From a virus (lineage: Duplodnaviria > Caudoviricetes), in IMG/VR virus record IMGVR_UViG_3300030329_003406, positions 1 to 55,990 of that record: a DNA stretch of 55,990 nt; one strand, 5' to 3'. This document shows positions 11,620-22,797 of this stretch, piece by piece. Every line of letters begins with the position of its first letter. The first letter of the stretch is position 1. The position numbers and the translations under genes were made by a program. Below the pieces are notes generated by a model, which searched no databases, had not been told where the DNA came from, and worked only from the letters and a program-made list of their open reading frames with translations.

Positions 11620-13530
11620 CTACTCTCCAATTTTTTCTAAAGCTTTTAGCGCAGCAGACCTATCTATAGGTGTACCTGTCAAGCTCGTATATTCCATAAT
11701 ATCTTCTTCAAAATCTTTCCAGGCAGTTAATATTTGCTCTGCATCTTCTGGGTCCCCTAATAAGCCAATCTTGGTACCAACCCAAGAAAAAGGATTATCG
11801 CTAAGTCCTCTGCCAGCCCACTCTTTAGCTTCTGATCTGACAATGCTAAGTAATTCATTTAACATATTAGGATTTTGCTTTGCTCTATTTATAATTTCAT
11901 TTGCTAAGCCAGTATCCCCTAACTCTAAAAGCCTACGACCACTAATTCCTACTATATCCGCCATTGCTTTTCTTAACTTTGGAGATTCTGACATAGCAGA
12001 AGTTAATCCACTAATAGCTCCCTTTTTAGCTGTTGTGATCTTTGCTCTCTTTGATTGAATATCTTTGGTAGCTGATACTAATTCTGCTATATTAGCTATA
12101 TCTTCAGCTCCAGATCTCTGTCTTTCTAAATTCTTTATTTGATTATTTAATGATATTAATTGATTTTCATCTGGATTCTCACTATTACGTATTAAATCTC
12201 TCTTAGCTATAAGTGCATCAATATCACCAGATAGCATCTCAAGTTCTGTAGATGCATCGTCACCCTCACCTAATGCTACTTGATATATAGCATCTGAAAA
12301 TCCTGGTGATACAGCTTCACCACCTGCAGCTAGACTGTCATATAAAGCATCCATAGTAGCACTATCTGTAATTCCTTGCTCACTATATATATTCTCTAAT
12401 AATCTAAATGCTTCTTTAGGGTCTGTTGTTTGATTTAATATATCACCTACAGCATTATTTACATTAAAGCCTTCTAGCTGCTTAGTTAGGTTTAATGGAT
12501 TCATATAACCTGAATAATCATCTTGCATATTATTTAATGCTATATCAAATCCTCTCATCATTCTTAAGTATGGTTCAATTGTTTTACCTTCAGGTGAATT
12601 TAAGTAACCCATAAATGTTATACCATCAGGTTGCATAAGAGACGCTGATATCTCTCCACCTAATGAAAGCTTCTGTTCGTCTGTTAATGCATCAAATGCA
12701 TCTTCTCCCTCTTCAGAAATAGACATTAAGGACTCTAATGCATCTATATCTGTTCCCTCTTCGCCTTTAAGGGCAGCCCAAGAGGCTCCTATGGTAGCAT
12801 AATTTGTATCTAATCTAGTTGTAAGTTCACCAGTAACATGCTCTTTAAATCTTTCTTCTACCTCTTGTTTAGTTGGAGTATCTAATGCCATGCCTGACCA
12901 TATACGTCTAGCATTTGCTATCTCCAATTCGCCCTTCCCTTCAGCTTCAAGCTTTGGAGCGATAGTATTTTCAAAGTATAATGATTTATCTCCCTGTTCA
13001 AATCTATATGGCATATCTCCTTGAGCAGCTATAATATCTAAACTATGTGAAAGTTCTAAATTTAATCTATCAGCCATAGCATTATTAGCAGCCGCAGCAT
13101 TATATCTAGCTTGCCATGTAGCTCTTTCATCTGCAAGAGCTTTTGTATTTAATACTGATGTTTTAATCCCAGATTCTAATACACCTTCATATCCGCCAAG
13201 TATTTGATCCATAACCTCAACTGAATTATAATTTGAAGTAGCATTAATATCAGACAGATCTTGAAGCGATGTAGTTATTGCACCTGTCTGCTCTTGTAGA
13301 TCAATTGTTTTTTGCTTATAGTCTTCTGCCTTCTCTAACTCTATTTGCCTAGTAGTAGCAAGATTACTTAATTCTAATTCAGCTAGTGCCATCATCTCTT
13401 GGCTACGCATCTTTTCTCTCTCTAATGCATTACGACTAGCATTAGCTTGCATGCTTATCATTAACTGAGGTAAGTCAGCTACAAAATTCTCCAACATACT
13501 AACTGCTCTTGATTGTCTTTTAATGGCCAT
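11620..13530 (-). CDS. Internal virion/ejection protein, acidic and helical (636 aa)
   Basis: Long ORF with coiled-coil character, directly upstream of the giant protein. Confidence 0.55.
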   Translation of the reverse strand: MAIKRQSRAVSMLENFVADLPQLMISMQANASRNALEREKMRSQEMMALAELELSNLATTRQIELEKAEDYKQKTIDLQEQTGAITTSLQDLSDINATSNYNSVEVMDQILGGYEGVLESGIKTSVLNTKALADERATWQARYNAAAANNAMADRLNLELSHSLDIIAAQGDMPYRFEQGDKSLYFENTIAPKLEAEGKGELEIANARRIWSGMALDTPTKQEVEERFKEHVTGELTTRLDTNYATIGASWAALKGEEGTDIDALESLMSISEEGEDAFDALTDEQKLSLGGEISASLMQPDGITFMGYLNSPEGKTIEPYLRMMRGFDIALNNMQDDYSGYMNPLNLTKQLEGFNVNNAVGDILNQTTDPKEAFRLLENIYSEQGITDSATMDALYDSLAAGGEAVSPGFSDAIYQVALGEGDDASTELEMLSGDIDALIAKRDLIRNSENPDENQLISLNNQIKNLERQRSGAEDIANIAELVSATKDIQSKRAKITTAKKGAISGLTSAMSESPKLRKAMADIVGISGRRLLELGDTGLANEIINRAKQNPNMLNELLSIVRSEAKEWAGRGLSDNPFSWVGTKIGLLGDPEDAEQILTAWKDFEEDIMEYTSLTGTPIDRSAALKALEKIGE

Positions 13531-13533
13531 AAT

Positions 13534-14166
13534 CTACCAGCAATTCCAATCCCATGGAGGACAGTCGTCATTCCATGGAGTAATACTCTCATAGATATCA
13601 CTAACAGTAACACCTGCCTGATCTAATATATCCGAAAAAAATCCACCCAAATCTTGGCCAATTACTGGATAACTTCCCACTGAATCTTCGCTTCTTAATT
13701 CTGGATCTGTAAGCAAGAAGTCTGTATATAGCCCCCATAAGTCATCCACATGCTCTTCTCTTAAATTACTGATTCCCTTTTTAGCGCTTATTAACTCTGA
13801 AGCTATACCTATATTTTTAGACATAGCATCAGAAGTTATTGAATTTACAAGAATATTATTCATATCTTGCCATGCACCTGCGCCTGAGAAACCTCCTTTA
13901 GATTTGGCTTTCCCAACCTCTCTTAAAGAATTTAAAGCTGCTAATTTATCAGATTCATATTTTAACTGAGATTGTTCTGCACCCAACTTAGCTTGATTCT
14001 TTAGCATATTTTCCCTAAATGGATCATAGTCAGATATAAATGGAAGAAATTTTCCTCTCGCCTCATCTGAATATTGATAAGTTAAGGCATCAAAATCAGG
14101 GATTTCTTCTAATGGATCTAAAGGAAGATCTAAATCTTCAAATTCTTCAGGGTTATATCCGTTCAT
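13534..14166 (-). CDS. Putative internal virion protein, paralog of 14179-14796
   Basis: Shares YDP..E, G(F)xGxG and RE...DLW..Y..F motifs with its neighbour. Confidence 0.55.
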   Translation of the reverse strand: MNGYNPEEFEDLDLPLDPLEEIPDFDALTYQYSDEARGKFLPFISDYDPFRENMLKNQAKLGAEQSQLKYESDKLAALNSLREVGKAKSKGGFSGAGAWQDMNNILVNSITSDAMSKNIGIASELISAKKGISNLREEHVDDLWGLYTDFLLTDPELRSEDSVGSYPVIGQDLGGFFSDILDQAGVTVSDIYESITPWNDDCPPWDWNCW

Positions 14167-14178
14167 TATTCTCCTAAT

Positions 14179-14796
14179 TTACCAAACATCATCTTGTAAT
14201 CTTTCCCATAGCAACCTATCATCACCCTCCATAGCTGCACCTATTTCATCTCTGTATTGCTCTGTTCCTATAAACTCAGAAAGATTAGCTTTAGTAGCAA
14301 ATGCTTGATATCTATTCCATAGATCTTCTCTATACTTTTCTCTCTTTGAATATATATCTTCAGTATGGCCTAATTGTGTAGCTTCCCATCCCTTTTTTGC
14401 CGCTTTCTTTGCTAGTTCGCTAGATTTAAGCCCACTAAAAATACCCTTAGAAGCTCCACCTCCGCCAGCAAATCCAGATCTACCTATTGAGCCACGAGTA
14501 GATTTTAAATTTTGTCTGCTTTGTACATCTATATCTTTTAAGCTTTGTCTATATGATTTATAGTCTAATCCATACTGATCTCTAATAAGTTCTTCTTCGC
14601 TAGACGGATCATATTGTGCCCCTAAAGCATAGTCATACATTTCAGGAACAAGATCAGAATTCCAAACATTTGCATACACATCATAAATACTTTTAAATCC
14701 AGCATAAAGTTCGTCAAGATCTTCTACTCCATAACCTTGAGAATAATCACTAACAGTGCCTAAACTACCACTTTCATAATATTCTGGTAAAGTCAT
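14179..14796 (-). CDS. Putative internal virion protein, paralog of 13534-14166
   Basis: YDPSSEEELIRDQ, GRSGFAGGGG and REKYREDLWNRYQAF motifs; TAATG coupling. Confidence 0.55.
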   Translation of the reverse strand: MTLPEYYESGSLGTVSDYSQGYGVEDLDELYAGFKSIYDVYANVWNSDLVPEMYDYALGAQYDPSSEEELIRDQYGLDYKSYRQSLKDIDVQSRQNLKSTRGSIGRSGFAGGGGASKGIFSGLKSSELAKKAAKKGWEATQLGHTEDIYSKREKYREDLWNRYQAFATKANLSEFIGTEQYRDEIGAAMEGDDRLLWERLQDDVW

Positions 14797-15374
14797 TATC
14801 TACCTTCTTGCTTTCTTTGAATAAAAGATAAAGGATCAAATTTATATTTACTACCTAATGTTTTACCAATTCTAGCACCAAAAGGTACTGCTCCAGATGG
14901 AACTTCAACTCCTGCTGCTAGTTCTTCTGGAGTGAAAGCACTTGCCTCCCATGCGTCACCTACTCCTCCAGCTATTGCTGTTGTGATAGCTGCTTGACCA
15001 GCATCCATCCATTGTTTCTCGTCAAACCCGCCATATACATCTTCTAAATTTTGTTCATAAGCTAATCTTTGTTCAGTGCCAAAACCTCTATTAGTTAATG
15101 GACCTGCATCTACTCCCCCTCCATACTGCTCTCCTATCTCAGAACCAGCATAACTACCAATACCTGCCAATGCAGAAGTAGCCCCTAAAGATAAACCTCC
15201 TGTTGCCCATGCAGCAAGAGCTGGTATTCCTATTTGACCCATAAGTCCACCCCAAAAAGAAGCTTCAGCAGCAGCTTGATTTTGGTTCATTCTATCTTCA
15301 TATTCTTTTCTGGCTTCTCTTTGAGCACTCATTTGAGCTTCGGCTAACATTGCTCTGGCTTTTGCTTGTGACAT
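14796..15374 (-). CDS. Putative pilot/ejection protein with a Gly/Ala-rich hydrophobic segment
   Basis: FWGGLMGQIGIPALAAWATGGLSLGATSALAGIG segment; first gene after a promoter; AGGAG RBS. Confidence 0.55.
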   Translation of the reverse strand: MSQAKARAMLAEAQMSAQREARKEYEDRMNQNQAAAEASFWGGLMGQIGIPALAAWATGGLSLGATSALAGIGSYAGSEIGEQYGGGVDAGPLTNRGFGTEQRLAYEQNLEDVYGGFDEKQWMDAGQAAITTAIAGGVGDAWEASAFTPEELAAGVEVPSGAVPFGARIGKTLGSKYKFDPLSFIQRKQEGR

Positions 15375-15408
15375 GTTTATCTCCTAAATCGATATAAGTT
15401 ATCCAAGG

Positions 15409-15438
15409 AATTTAATATATTCTCTGATATAAAAGCAA
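15409..15438 (-). promoter_or_regulatory. Sigma70-like promoter for the internal-protein operon
   Basis: TTGCTT-N18-TAAATT on the minus strand in the intergenic gap. Confidence 0.45.
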
Positions 15439-15969
15439 CTAAAAATTTGTCCCAAAAAATATTGCATTATCACTAGGGGCTGCTGCTGCTGACACATACA
15501 CAACTTCAACAGCAAAGTATGATATATGAACTAATGCTGTTCCATTCTTGGTAATATTGAATAATAAATTTTCAATATCAGAATAACTCCAAGCACTAGA
15601 ATCAGGTTTTGCTGTTCTTGTAGTTCCATATTCAACTTCATAATTTAAGTTATTAAAAAAGTTTAATGTTTCTGAAAAGCCTGATGGAGTATCAAATTCA
15701 AAATCAACATCACTCCCACCAGAACCTCTTGCAGGACATCTGCCAGTAGCTAAGAATCTAACAGAAGTAATTGAATCTATATCACCAGATGAAACACTTG
15801 GATTTGTTACCGATATATCAGTAATTGTCCCACCATTAGTACTAGAATGGACATAAGATGAGCCAGCAGCTGTTGTTCCATCATTAGATGTAAGAGGATT
15901 AGTGCCACTGTCAGACCAATCTCCTGAACCACCACCAATAGCATCAACAGTTAATGTCATAGTCGGCAT
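15439..15969 (-). CDS. Beta-rich tail-associated protein
   Basis: Ser/Thr/Gly-rich ORF downstream of the tail spike gene. Confidence 0.5.
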   Translation of the reverse strand: MPTMTLTVDAIGGGSGDWSDSGTNPLTSNDGTTAAGSSYVHSSTNGGTITDISVTNPSVSSGDIDSITSVRFLATGRCPARGSGGSDVDFEFDTPSGFSETLNFFNNLNYEVEYGTTRTAKPDSSAWSYSDIENLLFNITKNGTALVHISYFAVEVVYVSAAAAPSDNAIFFGTNF

Positions 15970-15997
15970 GTCTTACCTATCCATTCTTGCTTAATCA

Positions 15998-18265
15998 TTA
16001 TGGTGTAGCAAATGCTAGAGATGCAACTCCATAGCATTGTTCTTCAGTAGAATCCCAATAAAAAGTAACTATATCTATACCGTTATTAGTAAACGCAGGT
16101 ACACTTCCACCTGCCCACATAACATCTGTAGTAGTTGCAGCTGATTCGTCAGACTCATATACTTTCCAATTAGAAACATCATGATCACCATTAGTTGTGC
16201 ATACTAAAGTAAAATTACCTGATGCATTTGGGAATATTAAATTCATATTAATTATATCGCCTGTCATTTCAAGTCTATATTTATTGCTAAATCTAAAATC
16301 TATATCTGTATCATCTGTTCCACCTGATCCTATAACTGTTGTTGCGCTAAATGTTGCTTCTTTTCTAGTAAAACCAACAGCTCCAGCCCTAAAAAGAGAA
16401 AGCTGCCCATCAGATCCATTCTCATTGAACCTAAACATGCAAACTCCACCAACAAAGAATGATAACTCATCTGCATTAGTTTCTACAATATATGTATCTC
16501 CAAACGTATCAAAATTTAACTTAGCTCCAGTAGCTATAGAACAATCAACAATGTCATTAGTATCTGTACCTTGAAGAGAGAATCCAGTTTGTATTCCATC
16601 TCCAGTACCACCACTATCTTTAGTAAGTACTCCAAGGTACATTTTACCAGCACCAGTACCATCTGTCTCATCTCCAATTTGAACTTTTATATTTCCATAT
16701 TCATTACTCTCTGGATTAGGACTTGCATCATTCTTTCCATAGAATCTAATTTGACCTACAGTATCATTAACTGCAGGACTATCTGAATTATGCATGAATG
16801 CAAGCCATCCTGCTTCAGTACCATTATCATTTGTTTCTACTACTAAATTAGGTCTTGATGCGCTACCTGTTGTAGATAAAGTCAGCTGCCCACCAGCTGG
16901 AGTTATAGTTAGATTGCCTGGGGCTGTTATTGCGTCCCCATCTATATCCAAATCACCTGCTATAGTAGTTACTGACGCTGTACCAGCTCCAATCCATGCA
17001 TTAACCTCATCATTAGTATTACTTCCTGCTAATATAAATCCAGTAGTCAATACTGGCGCTGAAGAATTTTCAGTGATAACTTTCATTTTAAGCAAACCTG
17101 ATTCTGTATCACTAGTTACATCACCTATAAGCACTTCCATTTCAGCATAAGTAGTTGTGTTATTATCTGAATCTCTACCTATAAAATGCAATCTACCTAA
17201 CTTATCATTCATTGCTTCAGAACTATCAATAGGTATATGTATAAATTCTAATATAGGGCCACCAGAACCATTATGGGTACTATATATACTTACCTTAGGG
17301 TCAGCCGTATCATTAACACCAGCTATAGTAAGAGTGTTTAAATTAAGAAATGACGCATCATTACCACCTGGATTAATAGTTAAATCTCCTGTTGGATTAA
17401 TAGTTAAGTTACCTGCTGCTGTTATTTCAGTTCCATCTATATCTAAATTCCCAGCTACAGTTGTAGTGGATGTAGTCCCAGACCCTATATTTGCATTAAC
17501 TACATCGTCAGTAGTACTGCCTGCTAATGCTAATCCTGTTATTAAACCTGACCCTCCACCGCTAGCTGAATTAGTCATGACTTGCCAATAAAAATGACCT
17601 CTCTCATCACCATCAGTTACATCAAGAGCTTGGCACATCAAGCGACCATATTGCGTTCTATCGCCATTATCATTATATCCAAAATAATCTAAAGCACCTA
17701 AAATATCATTATCTTGGCTGTTATCAGTACCATTCCTATGAGCCTCAAATTGAAGTGTTGGGCATCCTGCTGCACTGTTATGTTGGCCTATAAGTATTAA
17801 GTCTGGGTCAAGAGCGCCAGCAGCAGAACTCTCTATTGTAAACTGTCCTCCTTTAACATCTACAGTTAAATCTCCTGCAACATCAAAGTTAACATTACCA
17901 CTACCAGCAGCATATAATTTTGATTGAGCTTCTCCCTTTTGAGCTACACCTGTATTAACCTTACCAAATACAATAGCTCCACCCATATTAAGGTTACCAG
18001 TTCTAGAGTTTATTGTAGTCCCAGAAGCCATATTATGCACCTGTAAGCTCTCATCTCCATCTCTACCACCTAATATCCCAAGAGACTGTTCTCCGACGAT
18101 ATACCATCGATTTCTATGTTTTGCGAATAATTTTAAACCACTCTTTGTAGATCTTAATGCTAACTCTCCATCAGATCCTTCATTATTCCTAGGAGGGCCT
18201 GAGCCTATACGAACTCTAAAAGCCTTCTGATGTTCAAGTCTTCTAGTGGTTCTATTAGATGCCAT
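15998..18265 (-). CDS. Tail fibre/spike protein with three internal repeats
   Basis: Repeats ILGALDYFGYND / KLGRLHFIGRDS / TVGQIRFYGKND, and AGNLDIDG..ITA.GNLTI.P twice. Confidence 0.65.
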   Translation of the reverse strand: MASNRTTRRLEHQKAFRVRIGSGPPRNNEGSDGELALRSTKSGLKLFAKHRNRWYIVGEQSLGILGGRDGDESLQVHNMASGTTINSRTGNLNMGGAIVFGKVNTGVAQKGEAQSKLYAAGSGNVNFDVAGDLTVDVKGGQFTIESSAAGALDPDLILIGQHNSAAGCPTLQFEAHRNGTDNSQDNDILGALDYFGYNDNGDRTQYGRLMCQALDVTDGDERGHFYWQVMTNSASGGGSGLITGLALAGSTTDDVVNANIGSGTTSTTTVAGNLDIDGTEITAAGNLTINPTGDLTINPGGNDASFLNLNTLTIAGVNDTADPKVSIYSTHNGSGGPILEFIHIPIDSSEAMNDKLGRLHFIGRDSDNNTTTYAEMEVLIGDVTSDTESGLLKMKVITENSSAPVLTTGFILAGSNTNDEVNAWIGAGTASVTTIAGDLDIDGDAITAPGNLTITPAGGQLTLSTTGSASRPNLVVETNDNGTEAGWLAFMHNSDSPAVNDTVGQIRFYGKNDASPNPESNEYGNIKVQIGDETDGTGAGKMYLGVLTKDSGGTGDGIQTGFSLQGTDTNDIVDCSIATGAKLNFDTFGDTYIVETNADELSFFVGGVCMFRFNENGSDGQLSLFRAGAVGFTRKEATFSATTVIGSGGTDDTDIDFRFSNKYRLEMTGDIINMNLIFPNASGNFTLVCTTNGDHDVSNWKVYESDESAATTTDVMWAGGSVPAFTNNGIDIVTFYWDSTEEQCYGVASLAFATP

Positions 18266-21200
18266 TAAACTGCCCTATATACTATAGATATATCATTGAT
18301 TTCAAAAAATTCAGCAGTTTCACATTCAAATTCTATCATAAGAGAAAATTGTTTTACTGGAGCCCCAGAACCAGAGAAAGTAATTTCTTTAGTAGTCCAT
18401 GAATTAGAAGGAGAAAGAGTCCCTAAATCTGTAAATCCTAAACCACTATTATATGAGGATTTCACATTCACTAGAGATGATGATTTATAAGTTACTATAA
18501 CACCATATAATGCTTTCTTAGAATTAGGAGAACCAAAATCTATATCTCTAGTTCTTACATTAATAGGAGCAGAAATTCTATGAGAATACCCATTGTCAAA
18601 ATCTCTTACTCCTAAATTTAAAACAACCCAACCAGCTGCAGCTAAAGGTACACTAGTAGCAGAAGGAGCATTGCCTATAATTCTTATAGAAGAAAATGTT
18701 ACAGTTACATTACTAAATGATTCGTTAGTACCACAAGCACCTCCCTCTTTAACTATAGCATGAGTAATTCCAGTTGACCCAGCAGCTCCGCCCCAAGGAT
18801 CAGTTGTTGCGCTGGCAATACCTATAGAAGTAAAACCTGCATCACTATCTGCTCCATACTCACTTATAGTTTTAACTCGAAATATATTATCACCAGTATT
18901 GGCTCCGCCAAAATCATCACCAGTATCATCAAATGTAAATAAATCACCTACTTTTATATAGCCTGCATTTGGTCCAGTTGGAGAGTAATCACCAGCAACC
19001 TTTAATGTTAAACCACTATCATCAACTTTAATAGTCCCTGGTCCAATAGTATTTTTAGCTTCAGATGCCCATGCCCCGCCAGCAGCTCTCGCTTCTTGAA
19101 TCAAGGGAAGCAATGAATTAGTTACATTCATATCATTATCATCTGAACTAGTTGTATATGGTCCAATTCTATTATCATCGTCATCATTATCTTTAATTAT
19201 AACAGAGAAATTACTGCCTCCTGATAAATTTCCAGTTCTTCTTGGATGTAATAACCATTCTCCAGGACTAGCTGCAGAACCAGGAACATGTATACTATTT
19301 ACAGGTCCACTGCCAACAGTAAAGGTTACAGTATTATGCTCTCCATAAGTAACATAAGTATCCCAATTAGATACTATGTCACTTTGCTGTGAACTTTGTT
19401 CAAACGTTAACCTTGTAATATAAGCATTATCTCCCCAATTTTCTGCTGGAGCTTCAGGTATCTCATACAGTGCGCCTGCTGCAAATCCCGATGCAATAGT
19501 ATCAAAAGGCATATATTCAACAGATTCATCTAAAAAGAATGCGTCACCATTCATAGTGCCTTGACTGCAACCGCTTAAAGTATAAAGAGCTCCTGGAACA
19601 AATAAGTCAGCTTTTCTTCCTAACATAGTTATAATCATTTTATCTCCAGTCACCCTAAAAACTAATCCTGGAACTGTCCAGATACAACTTGTAGGAGTAA
19701 CACTAGTAATAGCATCTGGAATCAATGAATCCCAATGACCTGTTGATCCGAAAGATAATGCAGTACCTGACCCATTAATACCGTCAACATTAATACTAGA
19801 AATATCTTGAAGCATATTCTTTGGAATATATGTATTTATTCCCCATGAAGGTGTATGAGATGAATTCCATCCAAACATAGCATTATCAGCTCTACCATAC
19901 CCTAGTTGAAAATAAGCTTTCTGGAAGTGAAATAAAGTGCCAGCGTTTTCAAGTCCATATCCAGTATCATTGGTACCAATATTAGATAGCCCATCAATAC
20001 TTTCAACTCCATCCCAAAAATCTACATGGCTTAATGCAGTATCTAAAACAAGCTGTGAGTTACTTCCTGGAAGACCAGCAAAGTTACCACCAGCAGCCTT
20101 AGTTACTTTAATCTGAATTGCATTAGGATTTATAAATATAGTATCTCCATTAGAATGATACTGTTGTGGCTCTATGCCATATAATCCACTAGACACACTA
20201 TTAATAGCACTACCAATAGGAGCAAAGACATTATATAAATCAAGATGACAATGATAAAATAATACCATCTGCGGATAGTTACTATAGTCAGAACCTGTCA
20301 CCTCACTAGTCGATGCCAAGTGAAGAGCATAAGTGTCAGCAACGTTATCTGGCAACTCAGGAGGACTTACCTCGTATACTAAGGCATTTTCAAAATGGCT
20401 TGCTGCAACAGTATCTTTAGTTATTTCGCCTTTTGCTACAACTATAGTAGCCCCGCTAGGAGTATTTGTAAAAACTATATTATTACCATTAAACGTATCT
20501 GAGCTTTCAATTTCCCAAGAAGGCCTAACAAGAGTAAAATCATCTGGGTTGCCTTGATCTACCAAAAAGGATCCAGAACCATATGTATTAATAAAATCCG
20601 TAGCATTTATATATGACTGTATCTGAAATGCTAATTCCTCTCTAAATGTGCGATCATTTTCTGCAGTAGCACTATAGCTAAATGTATTAGTTATATTTAC
20701 TCCATTAATAGTAAGATAGGTATTACTGGCATTCATATTTTGATTGGTATTTGTTATAGTCCAATGTGCATTAACCCCTGCATATGCTGGCACTATATTG
20801 TCAGATAATATAACCTCACTATTATTTGTGCTATGACTTAAGAACATACAAGTATTATCATAATTTGCAACTATATTAGATTTAGGGAGCCCACTTACAC
20901 GCCCTTCCCCTCTAGTCCATGATTGGGTCATAATATCATAAATCATAACATCACCAGTATTCTCATAAAGATCATCACTAAGGATAGCTGATGCAGGGTC
21001 TTGCATAATAACTATCTGTTTTAATTCTTGTATATATCCTACCATACCATTAGACCCAATAAACTCACTCCATCCTAAAGATATTGCTGTAGATGATTCT
21101 GTTGGATTTAATTTGCCTAATATTAAATTATTTATTTTCTCTCCATCATACAAATAGCAACCATTCTTATTTACCCACACAGGTCCAAATTCAGTTGTAC

Positions 21201-22797
21201 ATACTTGATAATCATGATTTACACCCATAAACCTATGTTCAGACTCTAACCTCTCATAGTCTTCAGATATATTTATAATATATAGATTTTCATTTTTGAA
21301 TTGAAGTAATCTATCTGAGAAGGAAACTAATGCTGTTATTTTTTCTCCATCATTAATAGCAACATCTATAAAGTTAGATTTAGGGAATATATCAAACGCA
21401 TTAACTGGAGAAACCAACATTCTATCATGCTCGGTATCAATCGCTCTAGTCCTGCATTGCTTCTTGCAATTCCCAGTAGTATAAAAATCACCATCATCGG
21501 TGACATTAGAATCTGTAAGGAACTTAACTCTTTTAACCCCACCTATATAGGTACGTCTATTAACAACTACAGCTGATGCATATCTGGCCGCCGTAGACTC
21601 TTCTCCATGCGTAATACCAGTCCTGAGTTCATATGTCAAAGCAGGCAATTTAGGTATTACCAATGCATTAGTATTCTTCACCGCATTATTCTGACCGCCA
21701 ATAACATCATCCGCAGTAAATGCCGTTTGCTTATCGCCTGCATGAGATTCAAAATAAGGCTTATCATCATCGCTAGTACCAAAATGCATATATGCCATAA
21801 ACAAAGGATCATCAAATACTCCTAGAGAATCTCCCATCCAATAAATATTGACACCTTTTAGTCTTGGGTCAAAAGGAATACTACTAGCATCTTCAGATGC
21901 ATCATCAAATCCTACACCTACTTGGAGCTTTATAGATCCATCTGCTGCACCACCACCGCTAGTAGTATCTAATACACAAGCTGTACCATTAGCTTTTAAA
22001 AATTGAGTAATAGGAGATTCCTGATCATCATCATAGACAAAAGAAGCTCCAAATTGAAGAGAACTATCTTGCTCCCATTCTCCAGCTGTACTATCGTAAT
22101 CAGCATACAAGAAAACGCTTCCAGTTCCCAACTTGCCATAAGCAGCAGTATCACCATGGGCAGTATTCTCTACAGCAAAATCATCTCTATTAACTAATTG
22201 ACCATTATTATTGTCAGCCCCAGAAGCAGATGGTGGAAATATATAAGAGTCTAAATCATACCAATCTGCTGGAACTACATAACCTAAGCCAGCGGTAGCA
22301 TTTGGAAAGCTAGAAACTCCATAAAACCATGTTTTATCTATAAATTGATATCTTCTAGGATAAACGGATTTAACATTGCTAAGGCTTAAGTCAGAAACCC
22401 TTAACCTTCCATCAACATAATAAAATACAGGTCGTATATTACTAACATCAGCAGCAGTACTAATACGAATTTCATCAGTATGCATAGATCCATCATATAT
22501 TGTAATACCAGTACCATTTTGTATAGCAAGTAATTTAGTCTCCTTGGCTTCGTTAGATATATTATGATCTGCATTAAATGCAAATAATCCATATCCAGGA
22601 GAAAAGAATCCCTCGATTTCACCACCACTATTTATTATAGCATGAGTCTTAGAGCCACCCATATTGCGTATCTTACCTTGAACATCAACCATTACTCCAT
22701 TCGCATCTGATAATGCATTTTCTGGGAGGTCTCTAGGGTCATACTGATTTACTAAGCCACCTTCAAACTTATTTATTAGTAGTACTGATTTTGGCAC
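18265..22797 (-). CDS. Tail hub/stabilisation (tail tubular B-like) protein, 1510 aa
   Basis: N-terminal INKFEGGLVNQYDPRDLP, propeller-like DGEKITALVSFSDRLLQFK and C-terminal TRDIDFGSPNSKK are typical of podoviral tail hub proteins. GTG start. Confidence 0.65.
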   Translation of the reverse strand: MPKSVLLINKFEGGLVNQYDPRDLPENALSDANGVMVDVQGKIRNMGGSKTHAIINSGGEIEGFFSPGYGLFAFNADHNISNEAKETKLLAIQNGTGITIYDGSMHTDEIRISTAADVSNIRPVFYYVDGRLRVSDLSLSNVKSVYPRRYQFIDKTWFYGVSSFPNATAGLGYVVPADWYDLDSYIFPPSASGADNNNGQLVNRDDFAVENTAHGDTAAYGKLGTGSVFLYADYDSTAGEWEQDSSLQFGASFVYDDDQESPITQFLKANGTACVLDTTSGGGAADGSIKLQVGVGFDDASEDASSIPFDPRLKGVNIYWMGDSLGVFDDPLFMAYMHFGTSDDDKPYFESHAGDKQTAFTADDVIGGQNNAVKNTNALVIPKLPALTYELRTGITHGEESTAARYASAVVVNRRTYIGGVKRVKFLTDSNVTDDGDFYTTGNCKKQCRTRAIDTEHDRMLVSPVNAFDIFPKSNFIDVAINDGEKITALVSFSDRLLQFKNENLYIINISEDYERLESEHRFMGVNHDYQVCTTEFGPVWVNKNGCYLYDGEKINNLILGKLNPTESSTAISLGWSEFIGSNGMVGYIQELKQIVIMQDPASAILSDDLYENTGDVMIYDIMTQSWTRGEGRVSGLPKSNIVANYDNTCMFLSHSTNNSEVILSDNIVPAYAGVNAHWTITNTNQNMNASNTYLTINGVNITNTFSYSATAENDRTFREELAFQIQSYINATDFINTYGSGSFLVDQGNPDDFTLVRPSWEIESSDTFNGNNIVFTNTPSGATIVVAKGEITKDTVAASHFENALVYEVSPPELPDNVADTYALHLASTSEVTGSDYSNYPQMVLFYHCHLDLYNVFAPIGSAINSVSSGLYGIEPQQYHSNGDTIFINPNAIQIKVTKAAGGNFAGLPGSNSQLVLDTALSHVDFWDGVESIDGLSNIGTNDTGYGLENAGTLFHFQKAYFQLGYGRADNAMFGWNSSHTPSWGINTYIPKNMLQDISSINVDGINGSGTALSFGSTGHWDSLIPDAITSVTPTSCIWTVPGLVFRVTGDKMIITMLGRKADLFVPGALYTLSGCSQGTMNGDAFFLDESVEYMPFDTIASGFAAGALYEIPEAPAENWGDNAYITRLTFEQSSQQSDIVSNWDTYVTYGEHNTVTFTVGSGPVNSIHVPGSAASPGEWLLHPRRTGNLSGGSNFSVIIKDNDDDDNRIGPYTTSSDDNDMNVTNSLLPLIQEARAAGGAWASEAKNTIGPGTIKVDDSGLTLKVAGDYSPTGPNAGYIKVGDLFTFDDTGDDFGGANTGDNIFRVKTISEYGADSDAGFTSIGIASATTDPWGGAAGSTGITHAIVKEGGACGTNESFSNVTVTFSSIRIIGNAPSATSVPLAAAGWVVLNLGVRDFDNGYSHRISAPINVRTRDIDFGSPNSKKALYGVIVTYKSSSLVNVKSSYNSGLGFTDLGTLSPSNSWTTKEITFSGSGAPVKQFSLMIEFECETAEFFEINDISIVYRAV

